DNA of 64,000 nt from positions 95,482,001 through 95,546,000 of the forward strand of contig NC_087437.1 in assembly GCF_036321535.1 (NCBI RefSeq), given 5' to 3'. Position 1 is the stretch's first letter. Every line of letters starts with the position of its first letter. Shown here piece by piece: positions 26,035 to 39,500 of the stretch. This stretch comes from Camelus dromedarius. Its lineage: Eukaryota. The notes under the pieces were generated by a model. It saw nothing but the letters and a program-made list of their open reading frames with translations, searched no databases and was not told the origin of the DNA. A program made the position numbers and the translations under genes.

Positions 26035-26481
26035 ACTCTAAATGCTTAAATTTTACGATTTCAAGGCAGCAGAAAGTTACAGTTCTCAATAAAAGGAAAA
26101 CCAAAATACAAATTGATTCTTTATTTTCCTAATAAAAACAGCTTCCAAATTTAGAGATGTCAATAAAAGTCAAATATCTGCCTTTGATAGATAATTTATT
26201 AATTTAATGGCATCATATATTTAAAGTTATATGATCTAAAAGTAATATATTAATTAAAATATTACTTTTTCACTTATATTTCATGAAACAATTGTATTCA
26301 GACTTTTTCTATTTATCTCAACATTCATGTCTTTGTCATCCCTAGAGTCCTCTCTTTTCCTGGAGCACGTGAGCTTCACTAAGACTTGAGTTGATGGAGC
26401 TATAGCCATTTTTGAATTTATATCTCATGCTGTCACTAAATTTTAACTCAAGTAGCAAAATGTATTCATGTAATTTTATGG

Positions 26482-26704
26482 CGGTAGATCTTAATGGGAT
26501 GTATGTGGGATTTTGCCCTCAGAACATTTGGCAATGTCTAGAGACATTTTTGACCCTCACCCCACAACTGGAAGCAGGGTATTAATGGCATCAAGTGGGT
26601 ACAGGCCTCGAAACTCCTAAACATACAGCAATGCCCAGGACAGTCCCCACAATACAGAATGTTCTGGTCTAAAGTATCAGTAGAGCTAGGTCTGACAAAC
26701 TCTG
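26482..26704. mobile_element. MER20 (hAT-Charlie)
   Basis: 'gattttgccctcagaacatttggcaatgtctagagacattttt...ggcatcaagtgggtacaggcc...caggacagtccccacaatacagaat'. Confidence 0.85.
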
Positions 26705-27164
26705 GATTAGGACAGTTGTGTTTTAAAAATCATCCAGTATGTATATATTTGGATCTTCATGTAGCCCTCACAGTGGTGCTTTTGAAAGTGACCTTTAAAA
26801 ATTGTTTATAATATAATCCAATATTTTCAATTTTGAATTCAAATCTTTAGGAAAAATGAATAAAACAGTGTTAAGCTCTTCTTTTTTATTCTATGAATTG
26901 ATTTCTAAAGCATCTCAAATTAGCACAGATTTAGGTCATTTGGAAATACTGTATGAAAATGAATTCATCCTTTTATATAAAAAGGATTTGAATATGAGAT
27001 AATTTTTTTATTCCTAAGAAATAATGTTTTAGGGGAAAAGTCTGTAACTTTATTCAAACATTTATAATATTTACAAAGAATTTCCACTTGAGGCCTCCTG
27101 GGTTCCCAGAGTAGTGTACATTCTGCTTTTGGCATAAGACAAGGTCTAGATGAGTATTATTATC

Positions 27165-28275
27165 TTAAAAAAATTAAGAGCAGTTTTAGGTTCACAGAAA
27201 TATTGAGAGGAAAGTATAGTTATTTTCCTTATACCCCCTGCCGCTACACATGCGTAGCCTTCCCCATTATCCACATCCCCCACCAGAGTGGTACATTGGA
27301 TACAACTGATAAACCTACACTGATAGATCATTATCACTCTACTCTATAGTTTCCATTACATTTCACTCTTGGTTTCATACATCCTATAGGTTTGGACAGA
27401 TTTATAGTATATCCACCATTATGATATCATACAGAGTATTCTCACTACCTTAAAAAGTCTCTGTGCTCCACCTGTTCACCCCTCCCTCTTCCCTAACCCC
27501 TGGCAACAGTGATCTTTTTACTGTCTCCTAGTTTTGCTTTTTCCAGAATGCCAGATAGACTCACACAGTGAGTAGCCTTTTGAGACTGGCTTCTTTTTGC
27601 TTTGGAATATGCAATTGAGTTCCTTTCTTGTCTTTTCATGACTTGACAGCTCATTTCTTTCTAGTGTTGTATTCTAGTGTCTGGATTACCACTGTTTACT
27701 TATCCATTCACCTACTGAAGAACATCATCTTGGTTGCTTCCAAGCTTTGGCAATTATGAATAAAGCTGCTATAAAGATCTGTGGGCAGGCTTTTGTGTGG
27801 ACTTATACTTTTGACTTTTTTGGGTAAATACCAAGGAGTGTGATTGCTGAATCATATGGGAAGAGTTTGTTTAGTTTTATAAGAAACCGCCAAAATGTCT
27901 TTCAAAGTGGCTGTTCCATTTTGCATTTCCCCTAGCAATAAGCAAATGACATCCTTGTCAGTGTTTGGCATTGTCAGTGTTTTGGATTTTGGCCATTCCA
28001 ATAGGTATGTTGTGGTATCTTGCTATTGTTTTAATTTGTATTTCCCTGATGACATAATGATGTGGAACATTTTTTTAATATCCTTTTTTTCTGCCATCTG
28101 TGTATGTTCTTTGGTGAGGTTTCTGTTAAGGTCTTTGGCACATCTTTGGTTGTTTGTTTTCTTATTGTTGAGTTTTACATGTTCTTTATGTATTCAAATA
28201 ACAAAACTTTACTAGATATGTCTTTTGCAAATATTTTCTCCCAGTCTGTAGCTTATCTTTTTATTCTCTTTTATT
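27165..28275 (-). mobile_element. L1MC1-like 3' end with ORF2 C-terminal remnant
   Basis: 'gagcagttttaggttcacagaaatattgagaggaaagta...atcccccaccagagtggtacatt' continues into antisense ORF2 C-terminal sequence ('ttttgcaaatattttctcccagtctgtagc'). Confidence 0.85.
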
Positions 28276-28284
28276 TCCTTTATG

Positions 28285-30817
28285 TTGCAGTGTGTGTTTC
28301 AGCATGCCCTAGACCGCTGAAGCCCTAAAAATTCCATTGATCTTGTGGGCTCCTAAATTATCTTAGGGTTTATCTCCTACTCTCTGAAGTACCTGTGTCT
28401 TACAGAGATTTTCAACACACTTGCCACTTCTTGCTCATCCACTCTAATTAACATATCATCAATATATCATATATAATATGTGACCAATATAAACTTTTGA
28501 AGACTATCCAGATGTTCCAGCTCCCTTCAGACTATATTTTAATAGAGGCTGAGAGTATTAACTATAGCCATGGGGAAAGGTGGTAAATGTATACTCTTGC
28601 TTGTCCTTCATGAATACATACTGTGATCCTGCTTCTTGAGAAGAATAGAACAGGATGCATTTACCAGATCAGAGGCCACATACTGTACATCAGCAAATTT
28701 GTTAATCTGCTCCAGCAAAGAGATCACATCATGTATGGGAGCTTCAATTGGGTTTCCTATTTGGTTGAGTCTGTGGTAATCCACTATCATCCTTTTGTAT
28801 CTCCTTGGCTTTTATAGGGTCCAAGATAGTAAACTAAATTGATACATGTTGAAAACTGTATCTGCATTATTCAGATCTTAACAGATAACCATAATCTCTA
28901 TTATTCCCTCTAGGATGCAGTATTGTCTTTGATATACTCTCTTGGCCAGAGGTGGGGTGGGTGGTGATAGAGGCTTTCACTAGACTTTTCTCACTGTGAT
29001 AGTTCTTACCACAGAGGTCAAGGGGCCAATGTTGGGGGTTCTATCAATCCCTAAGAGTGTTCTTCCTAATTTTACATTTTGAAACTTGGGGAATGACCTT
29101 GGGTTTGTGGAATTAGTAGAGCTTTTGTGAATTGGATCTGGGTCAGGACTCGCTAATGTATTATTTGTATCCTAAATACTTCTACTCTAACAGAGGGTCA
29201 GTGATGATGCTTCATATCCTCCAAATCCCTGAATATCAGTGTCAAAAAAAAAACTTGGGTCCAGTTTTCCTCAGAATGACTAGGTAGTCCTTTTACCTCA
29301 GGATGAAGTTATCTGAGTAAGTGGCTTAGGACCCTTTGAGGAAGGACTAGAGGAGTCATGACCAGATAGGAAAGTCAACTTTATGGTGGACTTGTTGAAA
29401 TGCCATCCATATCCCCTTCAATAAGGGACCTGTTGCCCCAGCTGCTGTGTCTCTTCAGAAATAGCCTTAGCTGCAGGAAGTCACTTTACCAGAAGTCATG
29501 CCCTTTCTCTGGGCAGTCCACTTCCAGTGACTCATCGGTGAGACAGTATAAAGATCGCACCATATTAGCTCAACTTAAAACAACTCTGAAGGGCTCTTCT
29601 AGTGCCACAGCTCAGTAGAGTTGACCAAGTCTGTTGCTGGGCCGTTATGACACTCTGTCTACTTCTGACACTCTTCTTTCTTGCCTCTCATTTCCACAGG
29701 TTTAGATTCTTAGTATCCTTAAGTCTCCTGAACATTAAATTCCATTTTAATTTTGTCTGTTTCCCAGGGAACCCAACCCATAATGATTCAAATTCTGTCT
29801 AACAGTCTTTGAAATGTATGTGTATATCCCATACCCCAATATAGTTACATGCCCTTTGGAATAAGTCTGGGGAAATAATTACTGTATATACATATTGTGG
29901 TTGAACAGGGTCCTTCCTCCTGGGGACAAAGCATGTGTTTCATTCAGTGGGTTTGGGTCTGAAAATTGCTCAGTTCTGGATATTGAGAAAAGATTATGAA
30001 TTTTTTAGTGGGATTGCTTCCCTTAGCCTTCTGACCTACACTTGAATTCTCATGTTTGTACAAATTGAACAAACACTTATTGGGCATCCTAGGTTTCTTT
30101 TGTCCTATTAAATATCTCCATGGCAATCTGTGGGTCAGGCCCCCATGGCTGACACTGCAACCTTATCACTCATTAGGATCACTACACACACCTGGCTTCT
30201 GCAGCTAAGGGCACTGCTTGGCCTTTGTTATTTTGAGAAATCTATCAATCCAACTGAGCCTAGTTTTATAAAAGCATCTCATACTGCTAGTTTTACCCTA
30301 TAAAGGGGTACCATGACTGAGTTCTTGTTGATATTGGTGCCTATCTCACCAGGGTGCTCCTTATTATTTTGGTAAACAGTGTCCTCTGGTCCCAACCAGG
30401 GAAAGTAGTCATCCGGCTGCATAAGATTGGAGTCTCTTTCTGTCCTGCCAGGAAAATGCTCTCACTTTCACCGTTAGTGTTTAATTGGTTATTACTCACT
30501 CTCAGTTTTTTATTGCTTTTTTGTAGTGCATTGATTATCCCAGGCAATAGGTCTCCAAGTCTGGTGTTCTTATAATTACTGTTGTTTCCAGCCCTTCTTA
30601 AACACTAGAAGCACTGCAGACATCACTCCCTTCCTTTCCACTGGTATCAATTTCCAGTGTACAGTTGGTAAAAATTTGAATAATTATACCAGTATTGCAT
30701 GCCAGGTCTCAATGTTCCACCTGAGTGATGAGATCCTCTTAAGGGCCTGGAGGTTGTCATCCAATGCAAAAGTCCTCCTTTGGTGTTTGCTTCCTAGTAC
30801 TATTTTTGGGACCAACT
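28285..30817 (-). mobile_element. Degraded ERV-L internal region (gag to pol/RT; ERV3-16A3-like), interrupted by a solo LTR
   Basis: ORF 28608-28790 'MIVDYHRLNQIGNPIEAPIHDVISLLEQIN...YVASDLVNA' resembles the ERV-L RT motif VDYRKLNQ...PDVVSLLEQIN...YAAIDLANAFFSIP. Catalytic YIDD lies on the minus strand at 28455-28466, followed by 'EINP...EFLGLQ'. ORF 30341-30547 resembles the ERV-L gag N-terminus. Many stops and frameshifts. Confidence 0.88.
29393..29785 (+). mobile_element. LTR16-family solo LTR (ERV-L), opposite to the host ERV
   Basis: Starts 'tgttgaaatgccatcc...ccccttca', has a TATA-like 'gtataaag' and 'acaactctgaagggc', and ends 'gtctgtttcccagggaacccaacc'. Confidence 0.8.
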
Positions 30818-30920
30818 TTTGCAGGTCAGTTTCCTGAGGAAACAGACTCTGAGACTATAAGGCTGGTATGTAGGTGATGTATCAGAGGGTTTCTTTGGGG
30901 ACAGCATCTGTAAGGGACTA
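30818..30920 (-). mobile_element. 3' part of the 5' LTR (LTR16/33-like) of the ERV-L
   Basis: Minus strand '...gtctcagagtctgtttcctcaggaaactgacctgcaaa' runs directly into 'agttggtccc', a PBS-like start of the internal region. Confidence 0.7.
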
Positions 30921-31623
30921 AAGGTTAAAAATCTAGACTTTTTTAAACCTCTACCTGTACTTTTGGTATTTTCCTCCTCAAGGACTATAGATGGTTGCTT
31001 TTTAAAAGATAGACTTAAAAATAGAAATACTTCATAAAATTTTTATGGTGGAAGTATATAAAATGATTATAACTCAATAAAGACATGTTGAACAAAAAAA
31101 AATTTTTTATGGAGGAGTTAATACTTTTCTCAGTAACAGAGGTCTCGACCGTTTCTCAGTTTGATGGTTTATTTTATCATTGCTGTGTTGGGTCTTAACA
31201 GTCAAGTCAATCTGGTTGGGTGTCAGGACTGATTGGATGTATAGGGTTAGGACTTAAGCTCCTATGGTTTCTGGAAGTGGTGCTGGAAGCTGGTGGGGAA
31301 TACAAATGACAATGTATTAAACAAGGGTCCTGAAGTCAGTGGACAAGACAGCACTAGGAAATCTCCAGAAGGGCCTGAAAAACAAAGCAATACTGAGAAA
31401 TAAAGTTACCCTGTAGAAATGGCTTCTAAATTTCTTTTTATGACCTTTCCAGTTTCTCTTAATACATTTTGGACAATTATTCTTCATATTTGTCTGCTTG
31501 CCATTTTTCCTTTGATCCCAGGAAGACTTAGCCGCTTATCATCATGCAGATAAAACATAAATTTCAGTCATCTACGCTTAACTTGGAAAATTAAACTGTA
31601 GGTATTTCTTCTCCAACCAGTTA

Positions 31624-31821
31624 GCAGACATTTTGTCCTGTCCAAAGTGTCCGTAAGACATTTGGTGCACGCCAAAAGGTCCTTGAAATTTGTTCCCATC
31701 CGAAACATCCATGCGCATGTTTAGTCCAGGTTAAACGGTTTTGGACAGGACTGAATATCAAGAACATTTTGGCATGAACCAAATGCCTTATGGACATTTT
31801 GAAGAGGACCAAATATCCTGC
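31624..31821. repeat. ~200-bp imperfect palindrome built from ~30-bp self-complementary units (ancient palindromic interspersed repeat class)
   Basis: Left arm 'gcagacattttgtcctgtccaaagtgtccgtaagacatttggtgcacgccaaaaggtccttgaaatt' aligns with the reverse complement of the right arm, 'gcaggatatttggtcctcttcaaaatgtccataaggcatttggttcatgccaaaatgttcttgatatt'. Confidence 0.9.
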
Positions 31822-33229
31822 AAGTCTCTGACCACTAATCCCTAATCACCCTGCTTCCTTATTCGCATTCATTTCTTCCTCTTGGTTTTGATGACTTCGT
31901 TTCAGAGAATTCACTCTGGCTTAGATCTGGTTTCTTCTTAAAATGCAAATGCTGATATAGTCCTTGAGTGAAAGATCTTTAGGAGACGTCTTATCTGCAG
32001 GCCTTGTCTAAGCATTTTGGACATTATTCTTGCTGGGCTCAAAGCTATCTGTGTTAGCACTCTTTATCAGAGCAACAGGATCAGCCTCAGTGGTCTGGGA
32101 ATGAGTGATTATGCATACTCTGTTATATTCCAACAGATGTGTGCTTTTTAACAGGGGAGAGCAAACTGTCAATTCTATTAAAACAGTTATCAAAGATGAA
32201 GTGAAGGCATATATTTTGAGGGTTAAGAAAACTTATTTGTGTTGCTAATTTGGAATGATAGGTGTAGTTCAACATTAATATTTGGGATGATAGGAATGAT
32301 AATAACAATGTGAAAAGCCATAAAAATGGTTATAGCTATATGACATTATACTACTGCAAGCATGGATTAGAAAACAACTTCATTTTAAAGCGTCAACCAG
32401 GAAAGTGGTTTTGCGAGGGTGTGAGAGTATACATGGATGTGGAAAGTAAACAGAAAACAGAAAAAGTCAAAGCAGTATTTTACCACTCTGTTGATCCTTT
32501 TCCTTTAAAGAATATTGCTCAGATTCACATTCTGAGAAAAATGCACCAGCTGACAAGCCACCATGGACATGAAACTGTCACCCTATGAGACCTGGGAATC
32601 TTGCGTCAAGGCTGGGATGGTACAAGCTATAGAGACAATAGGCGTACATACTAGGAAAGAAAGGAGGCCTGTAAGCAGCACGCAGCATCTTTGCACATAA
32701 GGCTGGCTTCTGCAATCCCCCCATGACTGCATATAAAAGACCCATGAAAATGAAATGTCTCAAGGATATTATGTTGAAACTATGACAGGCTGCTAGCTAG
32801 CCTTTTGCCTCAGCAGAACAGGCCACTTTTGTCAGCATATAGGAACAATAAATCACATGTATGTACATTTCTGTGTGTGTGTGCACAAGAGAGATTGAAA
32901 TGATGGAGAAACAAGGGTAAAATTTCGTGATTAATAAATCTATTGAAAATGTACATAGAGCACCTCTTAAAATTTCTTTAAAATTTTACTTGTAAGTTTA
33001 TATTGCTGGTGGACCACCAAATTCTCATCTTTAATTAACAAATAAAGATTTCAAAATTAAAATAATTGGTTACAATTTTGATAGATTATTTCAATGTGCA
33101 ATTTTTCAAACTGAGTTCCACCTTACCTTAGTGCTCCTAAAACTGAATTCTGACTAGCCATCTGGTTCCTAAAATGTTGTTCAGGGAGCAGCTGTCCTGT
33201 CAAAAAAAAAAGATTTCATTTGATTTTTA

Positions 33230-33610
33230 CAGGAACCTGTAAAGTAAGTATCAGCCTCACTGATAATAATAGAGTGGAAAGACCCACAACTAGCAAGAAA
33301 TAGAGCCAGAACTCAAACCCAGTTTTCTTTGTTCAAACACTACATTCTCTTTTCTGTAAATAATTGCTTCTGGCATGTCAGTAATAACTCGTGTCTGTTT
33401 GGCAGTTTAGAGTTCTCAAAGCTATTTCATTACATTATCATATACACTAAAGTTTCTGCCATCTAGAATCTATTTTTATTCCCTATCATATTTTTATAGA
33501 TAAAGAGTTTATATTTCAGATAAGGTAACTGATGAGCCGAAGATAAACAGAAAGCAAGTCCTGAGCCCAGGTCCTCTTACTCTGGAAGCCATGTTCCTTC
33601 CACCATGTCA
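33230..33610 (-). mobile_element. MIR fragments (two)
   Basis: 'cacaactagcaagaaatagagccagaactcaaacccag' and 'tttttatagataaagag...cagataaggtaactga...ctgagcccaggtcctcttactc'. Confidence 0.55.
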
Positions 33611-35049
33611 CATTGCTGATCTGGATGTGAAGCCTGAATTATTAGAAAGAGTAATGAAATAATCTTGAAGCATAAATTAGTCTTAGTCTCCTCTTAAAAT
33701 TTTGAAGCGATAAAACTTTAATTCCAAAAGCCCTTAAACACAGACAAGGCTGGTTAATCAAATTCTGCATGACAATATATAAAATAACTTTGTGTCAGTC
33801 TGTATGTCTCAGAAGACAGATGTTCTTATATTTGTCTTAGGTTTGATTTTTTTGCATAAGTCACACTGTGTTGTTTGTTATTTCTGTATTTTTTAATTCA
33901 TTCTTATGTTTCATTACATTTCAGTCTTCAGGAAACATCACTAGATTTTATCATTCAAAGTACCGCCTTTTAAAATATGTATGGGTCTCCCACTTTCTCT
34001 CTCTCTCTTTTCAACACAAGTGAAAACCAGCCACACTAGGGCACTGAACAAGCAGCACTTAGTAAAATACTTCAAATCAAAATCATTTTCTCAATAATAA
34101 GAGTCATTTTATAAAAATAAGGTTTTCAATACAGGAACAATAGAAAACCATTTCTTTCGGTTAACATCCAACAACAAACATTAAGTAACAAAGAAATGAA
34201 TAATATTTTTAGTTATTTGGATGTTATTTCCTAATGATATGTAAAAGTCACTTGATTAATTTGATAAATTCTTCAGAAAATCCTTTTTAGGAATGTTAAT
34301 AGAAGAGCTTTGTAAAAAAAAGACTGAAATAATAAAGAGGTTTATTTACAGCACTATTTCCTGGAACCCTTAGAGAGTTCTAAAAGTTTTTTAATCAGAA
34401 CTCAGCTTCTGAGCCACATTGGACTTCTTTAACATCTTCTCAAGTAAAACCCCACTAAAGAGTTGATCAGTGCTGTAAGAGAGCTATAGATGGACTTTAC
34501 TGATAAAAAAAAAATATGACTTGTGATCAAGGATAATCGGATTTTTTTGTATCCATTTTATAAATTCTCTTATACTTCTAAAATTTACGGTAAAGCATGT
34601 TTTTGGCCAAAAATGATGCAAATTATATTTAAATATATATATTTAAAAATCTCAAGTATTTAGATCCATAATAATCATACTTCAGTAATGAATATAATCA
34701 AGTGGGAGATTTTGAAATTCAGGGAGAAGTAACATTTACCCTTGTTATATCCTAGTGTCTCAGAGAAAAGTGTACTCACTCAGCTCTCTATTACTGAGTT
34801 TTCCCTGGACCTCTTAATTGCCCCAAATACCTTTCAGTCTCTCTGTCCAACACCATCAGTCTTTTTCACTCAAAAATATTTTTTTTTCCTCTGTAACTTC
34901 AGCATGCCCTAAAGCACTAATGTTATCCCTCAAATCAGTATCAACCCTTAATTTCCACATTACTTTCAAAACCACTACTTCTTTTCCAATTTCACAGGCT
35001 TCAAATTTATATTTATTTGAACACATTCCTTCCATCATCTTGCTATTTC

Positions 35050-35620
35050 AGTTTAAAGAATTCCTTGTAAACTACTGAATGCTCAAAGTCGAATGTTGAG
35101 TAATTCAAATCTCTGGCCTCAAAGTATCATTTCGTGGGGAAAAGTTATGGAATAAATCAGTTCAATGTAGTGCACAAAGAAGTATGTACTCAGTATGATG
35201 GAAGACTTCAAGAAGGGCATGTTGGTCACTTTTTGACAATAGGAAAAGGCCAGTGGGTACACAGGAAATACTCTGCAGATAAAAGAGGTTGTATCAGCAA
35301 GGCTTAAGTGGTGTCAAGGTTTGAGAGTGGAGAGTGGTGACAATCCAGGTAGAGACAGCATTGGAAATAGACATGGGAAAAAGAACAGTCTGTTCAATAG
35401 GAAAAAAAAAAGTATGGTTTGAGTCTTCTGAGTCATGCTAATGGATTTGGACTTTTTCCTATAGGTATACAATGTAGACTTTTAATTGGAAATAAGGTAA
35501 ATGATTGAGTTTTTAAAAAATCAGACAAAGCTATGTAGAACATGGACTGGAGGTGGGTAAATCAGGAATCAGGAACACCAAGTTAGGATAAAATGTCCAA
35601 TTAAAGTGAATGATTATGAG
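35050..35620 (-). mobile_element. Degraded L2
   Basis: 'catgctaatggatttggactttttcctataggta...gtagaacatggactggaggtgg...caggaacaccaagttagg'. Confidence 0.55.
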
Positions 35621-38600
35621 TACCTAAACTAAGTTGTAATTGCTGGGACAAGATAAGCAAAAGATGTCAGTGCTTTTGATAACATGACTGGTTATCAGAA
35701 GAGTCTTGTGGGTGATGACTACGTTCATGGGGATGACCAGTTCAACATCCCAATTTCTCAACAGGATTTTAATGACGACAAACTTTATTTTGCTCTCCTC
35801 ATTCATTGACTCAGGGTTAGAATCTGAATTGTCTATCCAGTGAAACTGCTCCATCTTTGAAATATTGAAGAAGTAGTACTTCTTACTCTCCAGCAGCAGC
35901 TCTATCCTTCCAGTGATTATGCTGTCACTCCTGCTACCCTTGTTTTTTGACCTCTTCAAGCTGTCCTAGTCCTTGACCTTTTTCTTTTTGCTGACCTCCA
36001 AATTATCTTCCATCTTAATGCATTTTTCTACATGTCTGAACATCTTTGTGAATGCCTTTTAGTCTCATATTCTAGTAAAAAAAAAAAAAATCCCAAACAA
36101 GTATTTGTCTTCTTTGTGCTTGTCCTGGTCAGATAAATACTGCTGGGGGAAAAAAAATCACACAATGGGCAGCTCAAAATATATAATCAATAATGTCAAC
36201 CAGGCCTCATCGAAGTGCACAATATTACAGTGATTTTTTATTCAACTTTTCTGTTCTCTCTTGCTCTTCACAAAGCATATTGGAGGTTTTCTGCAAACTT
36301 CTTCAGTGTTTCACCCATTTTTGCTTCTTAGGGTCATTTAGTAGAGAAATGGTTTTGCCACTTAAGAGAGGGATGGGGATGGGATATGGACTAGAAATAT
36401 ACTTCTAAAATGGGTCTATTCCACAAGGAGTCTATAGTCTAGAAAAATTTCCAGTCATAATAGCTGAAGCAAGTTTAGCTTAAAAAGTTTACTGGAATAT
36501 TGTTCTTCACAAGAATTACAGTTAATTGAAGACGGAATCATTTATCATATCACACTCATTATCTGCCCAATTAATCAATAAAGTAACAGAAGCAAGAGAA
36601 AAGACTAGTTGCTCTCATCAAAAATAAATGCATACACTTCTCCTATGACCATAGATAGAAGTCCACTCACACCCTGACTCATGAGTCAGAATATTGTAGC
36701 TGTTTCACTCATCCAACCATCTCAACACCTTAAGAAAATAACATTTTAAAAGGTAGGAGAGTTGTCCTTGATGTTTTAAAAAATGATGATAACTAAGAAT
36801 ATTATAATTAATTTGTAGTTCCGTATACAAGATAGCACTCCAAATTACATTTCAATATCTACAGATGTAATTTTCTTATCAGTGTAGTTGATGCAGAAAG
36901 TAGTTCATCTAGATACTTTCACTGAACTTGAAGAGTATTTTTCCAGTAATATACTACTTAACTAAAAATATTTGATACATGCTAATACAGTAATGATTGA
37001 TTAAATTGCACAGTGAAAGACATAATCATTATAATGTGTATAATCTCAACTGAAAGTATAAAGTCATAAAATAAACTCATATTTTAAGTCAAACCTCACT
37101 GATTCTTCAACTTACTAAGAAGTAAGTAGCTTAAATACTTGTTTGATTAGAGAAAATTTGCATGCAATTTATACTCAGTGTCATATAAAAAGAATTTTAC
37201 TTTTAAAATAATTTCTTATATGAATAGTCAATATAAATGCCAAATTTTAATAGCATAGATGACATCAGTCTAGTAGTGTTTCCTATCTGAAAGTTTTGTT
37301 TAGACTTGCTTGATATAGATTTTCGTATCAAATCAAAGATTCACAACATAAAAATAGTTTTAATATACATCAAGCTAGATGTTTGTTTTTATCATTTTAA
37401 TTCTAGAATATGTAACAGTTATTTTAGAAGAGATTAAAACTTTCTTGATTGAAACCAGGACAGCTTGAAATAATGTTTTTAGACTTGAAAGAACAAACTG
37501 TCAAACCCTGCTGAGTTTTCTTACTGCATTAAAATAAACACAATTTAGGTCAACAAAAGAGGAGCAAATGAGATGAGAGAAGTGTACACGAAAGAAGGAA
37601 GAGAAGGGGGATTAATGACAGTTATGTTTGTAAAGGAAAGCATGGAGAGAGTGAAACAAACTGTGGATAAGAGAGAGGGAAAAAATGAGAGAAACCAGGA
37701 AGAAAAATGAGGCAAAGAAAAGGGAGAGGCTGGATGAGAAAGTGCTAGTTCATGACCACTAACTGGGCACTTTAGACCAATAGCCGAATCTCTCTCCCAA
37801 TTGCTTATAGTATTACTATCACGGAGGTTGAGAACTCTGCCAAAATCCCAGAGCTGCTAAGTGGTGGAGCTGGTAATAGGACCCAACTGTGTCTCTCTGT
37901 TGGTCCTGCTTCTTAACTGGACTTTCATCTGAATCTTTTAGAGAAGGATGAGAAAAGCGAGGAAAAAGGCGAGAAGAAAGAAGAGTAAGAAAGAAAGAGA
38001 ATGACTGAAAAGAGAGAAAGGAAGAAGATGGAATAGGACTATGGACATTTTCTTGAGTACTCATCAGAATATACAAGGTTTTGATGACAGACTTCCAACA
38101 ATTTAGTTAGATGGCACTAAGGATAATTTTGGAGCATTTTAGCTGAGATGAACATAGATCTTAGAAGATGAGATCTTGAAAGATATTTTAGTTTCTGCTA
38201 ATTCTGCTCTAATCACTACACCTAACATACACACATTACAGAAGTCTTTTCAAGGCATTTACCGGATAATCTAGGAATAGGGAGAAATACCATGTGTTGT
38301 ACAATGTGGAGTCATCTAGATATTATATACATAACTTTCTGAAATTCTCCTATAAATTATGTGAGGTTAAACATTATTACACTAATTTTGGAGAAAACAT
38401 GAGAGATTAAATCCATAATGAATTGTAACAGAGACAGGATTTAAAGGCTGGGGCAGTCTTGATGCTGAAAATATGGCTTTATTCTAGAATACTACCTCTG
38501 TTGTTTTTCTGGTCTTGTCTCAGATGACCATGAATAACAAAACAAGAACAACAACAAATACTTGTAATTATTTTAACTTTCTTATTTCCATGAATTCAAA

Positions 38601-39329
38601 ATCACAAATGGGGACATTATACTGTGTTCTTAGAGCCAAAAAAAAAACTTGCATCACTTAAAAAGAGATATAGAGGTGACTTCTGTCACTGCTTGTCCCA
38701 CCACCATGTATCTTTTTCTGACTCGGCTAAGGTCAAGACCAACAATAAAAGAAGGTGCAGACTTAGCCCTTACTTTCAACGATGACAATGGCATAATGAG
38801 CAGGATGTGAGATGGGATATCTTGACTCCTATGGTTTAAAAAAAAGGTTTGGAGAGAGTTTTTATTTTAATTCCAATTCTTAATTTGTATTGAGCATGTG
38901 TGAGAACCTGCTCTTAGGACTTCATGCTCTTCTTCTCTTGGACAGCTCTTTGGGGTGGAAGTAGGGCTACACTGGAGAGGCTGAGAGCAAGATAACAGTG
39001 CTTTTCTCATGAACAGTACTTTTCTTGCAGAAGTCCATACCATGTGGTGGAAAACTGGATTCTTACTTGGAACTGTAGATGCTGAATTGTCTTTCTGCTG
39101 CCACTACAACTATTTTTAATCACGGAATGGGGCATTTCTTACAGAATAATCAGGTCGGTCTCCAGTTGACTGAATATGTGTGGAAATACTAAAGGAACAT
39201 GGCTCTGGCACTTACTAACAGTTTCTCTATGGTAAAGGTTTTTCTGTTGAACGAAGACAACTTGTGGAATTACAGTTAATGCTGTTCTCTTACCAGTGCA
39301 TAGAAACCGGAAGTGAAAATAGCTCAAAA

Positions 39330-39500
39330 TATATAGTCAGGATCTAAGATCTAGCACAGTTCCACTCTTTTCTAGTTGTGTGATCTCTCAACTTCAGTTT
39401 TCTCATACTCAAAAGTGGGGGAAATGATACCTGTCCCCCGGATCAGATAACACAGGCTTCAGTACTGTGACTCTCTAAGCCTTATGTGAATGAAATCTAA
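39330..39500 (+). mobile_element. MIR
   Basis: 'ttccactcttttctagttgtgtgatctctcaacttcagttttctcatactcaaaagtgggggaaatgatacc'. Confidence 0.65.

Noticed and set aside
31624..31821. CRISPR-like array interpretation of the ~30-bp periodicity
   Set aside because: Mammalian context, no unique spacers between identical repeats, and no cas genes.
35624..35959. 111-aa minus-strand ORF
   Set aside because: Non-ATG start, lies among degraded L2-like sequence, and shows no recognisable domain.
37560..38040. Purine-rich tracts
   Set aside because: Low complexity with no periodicity or coding signal.
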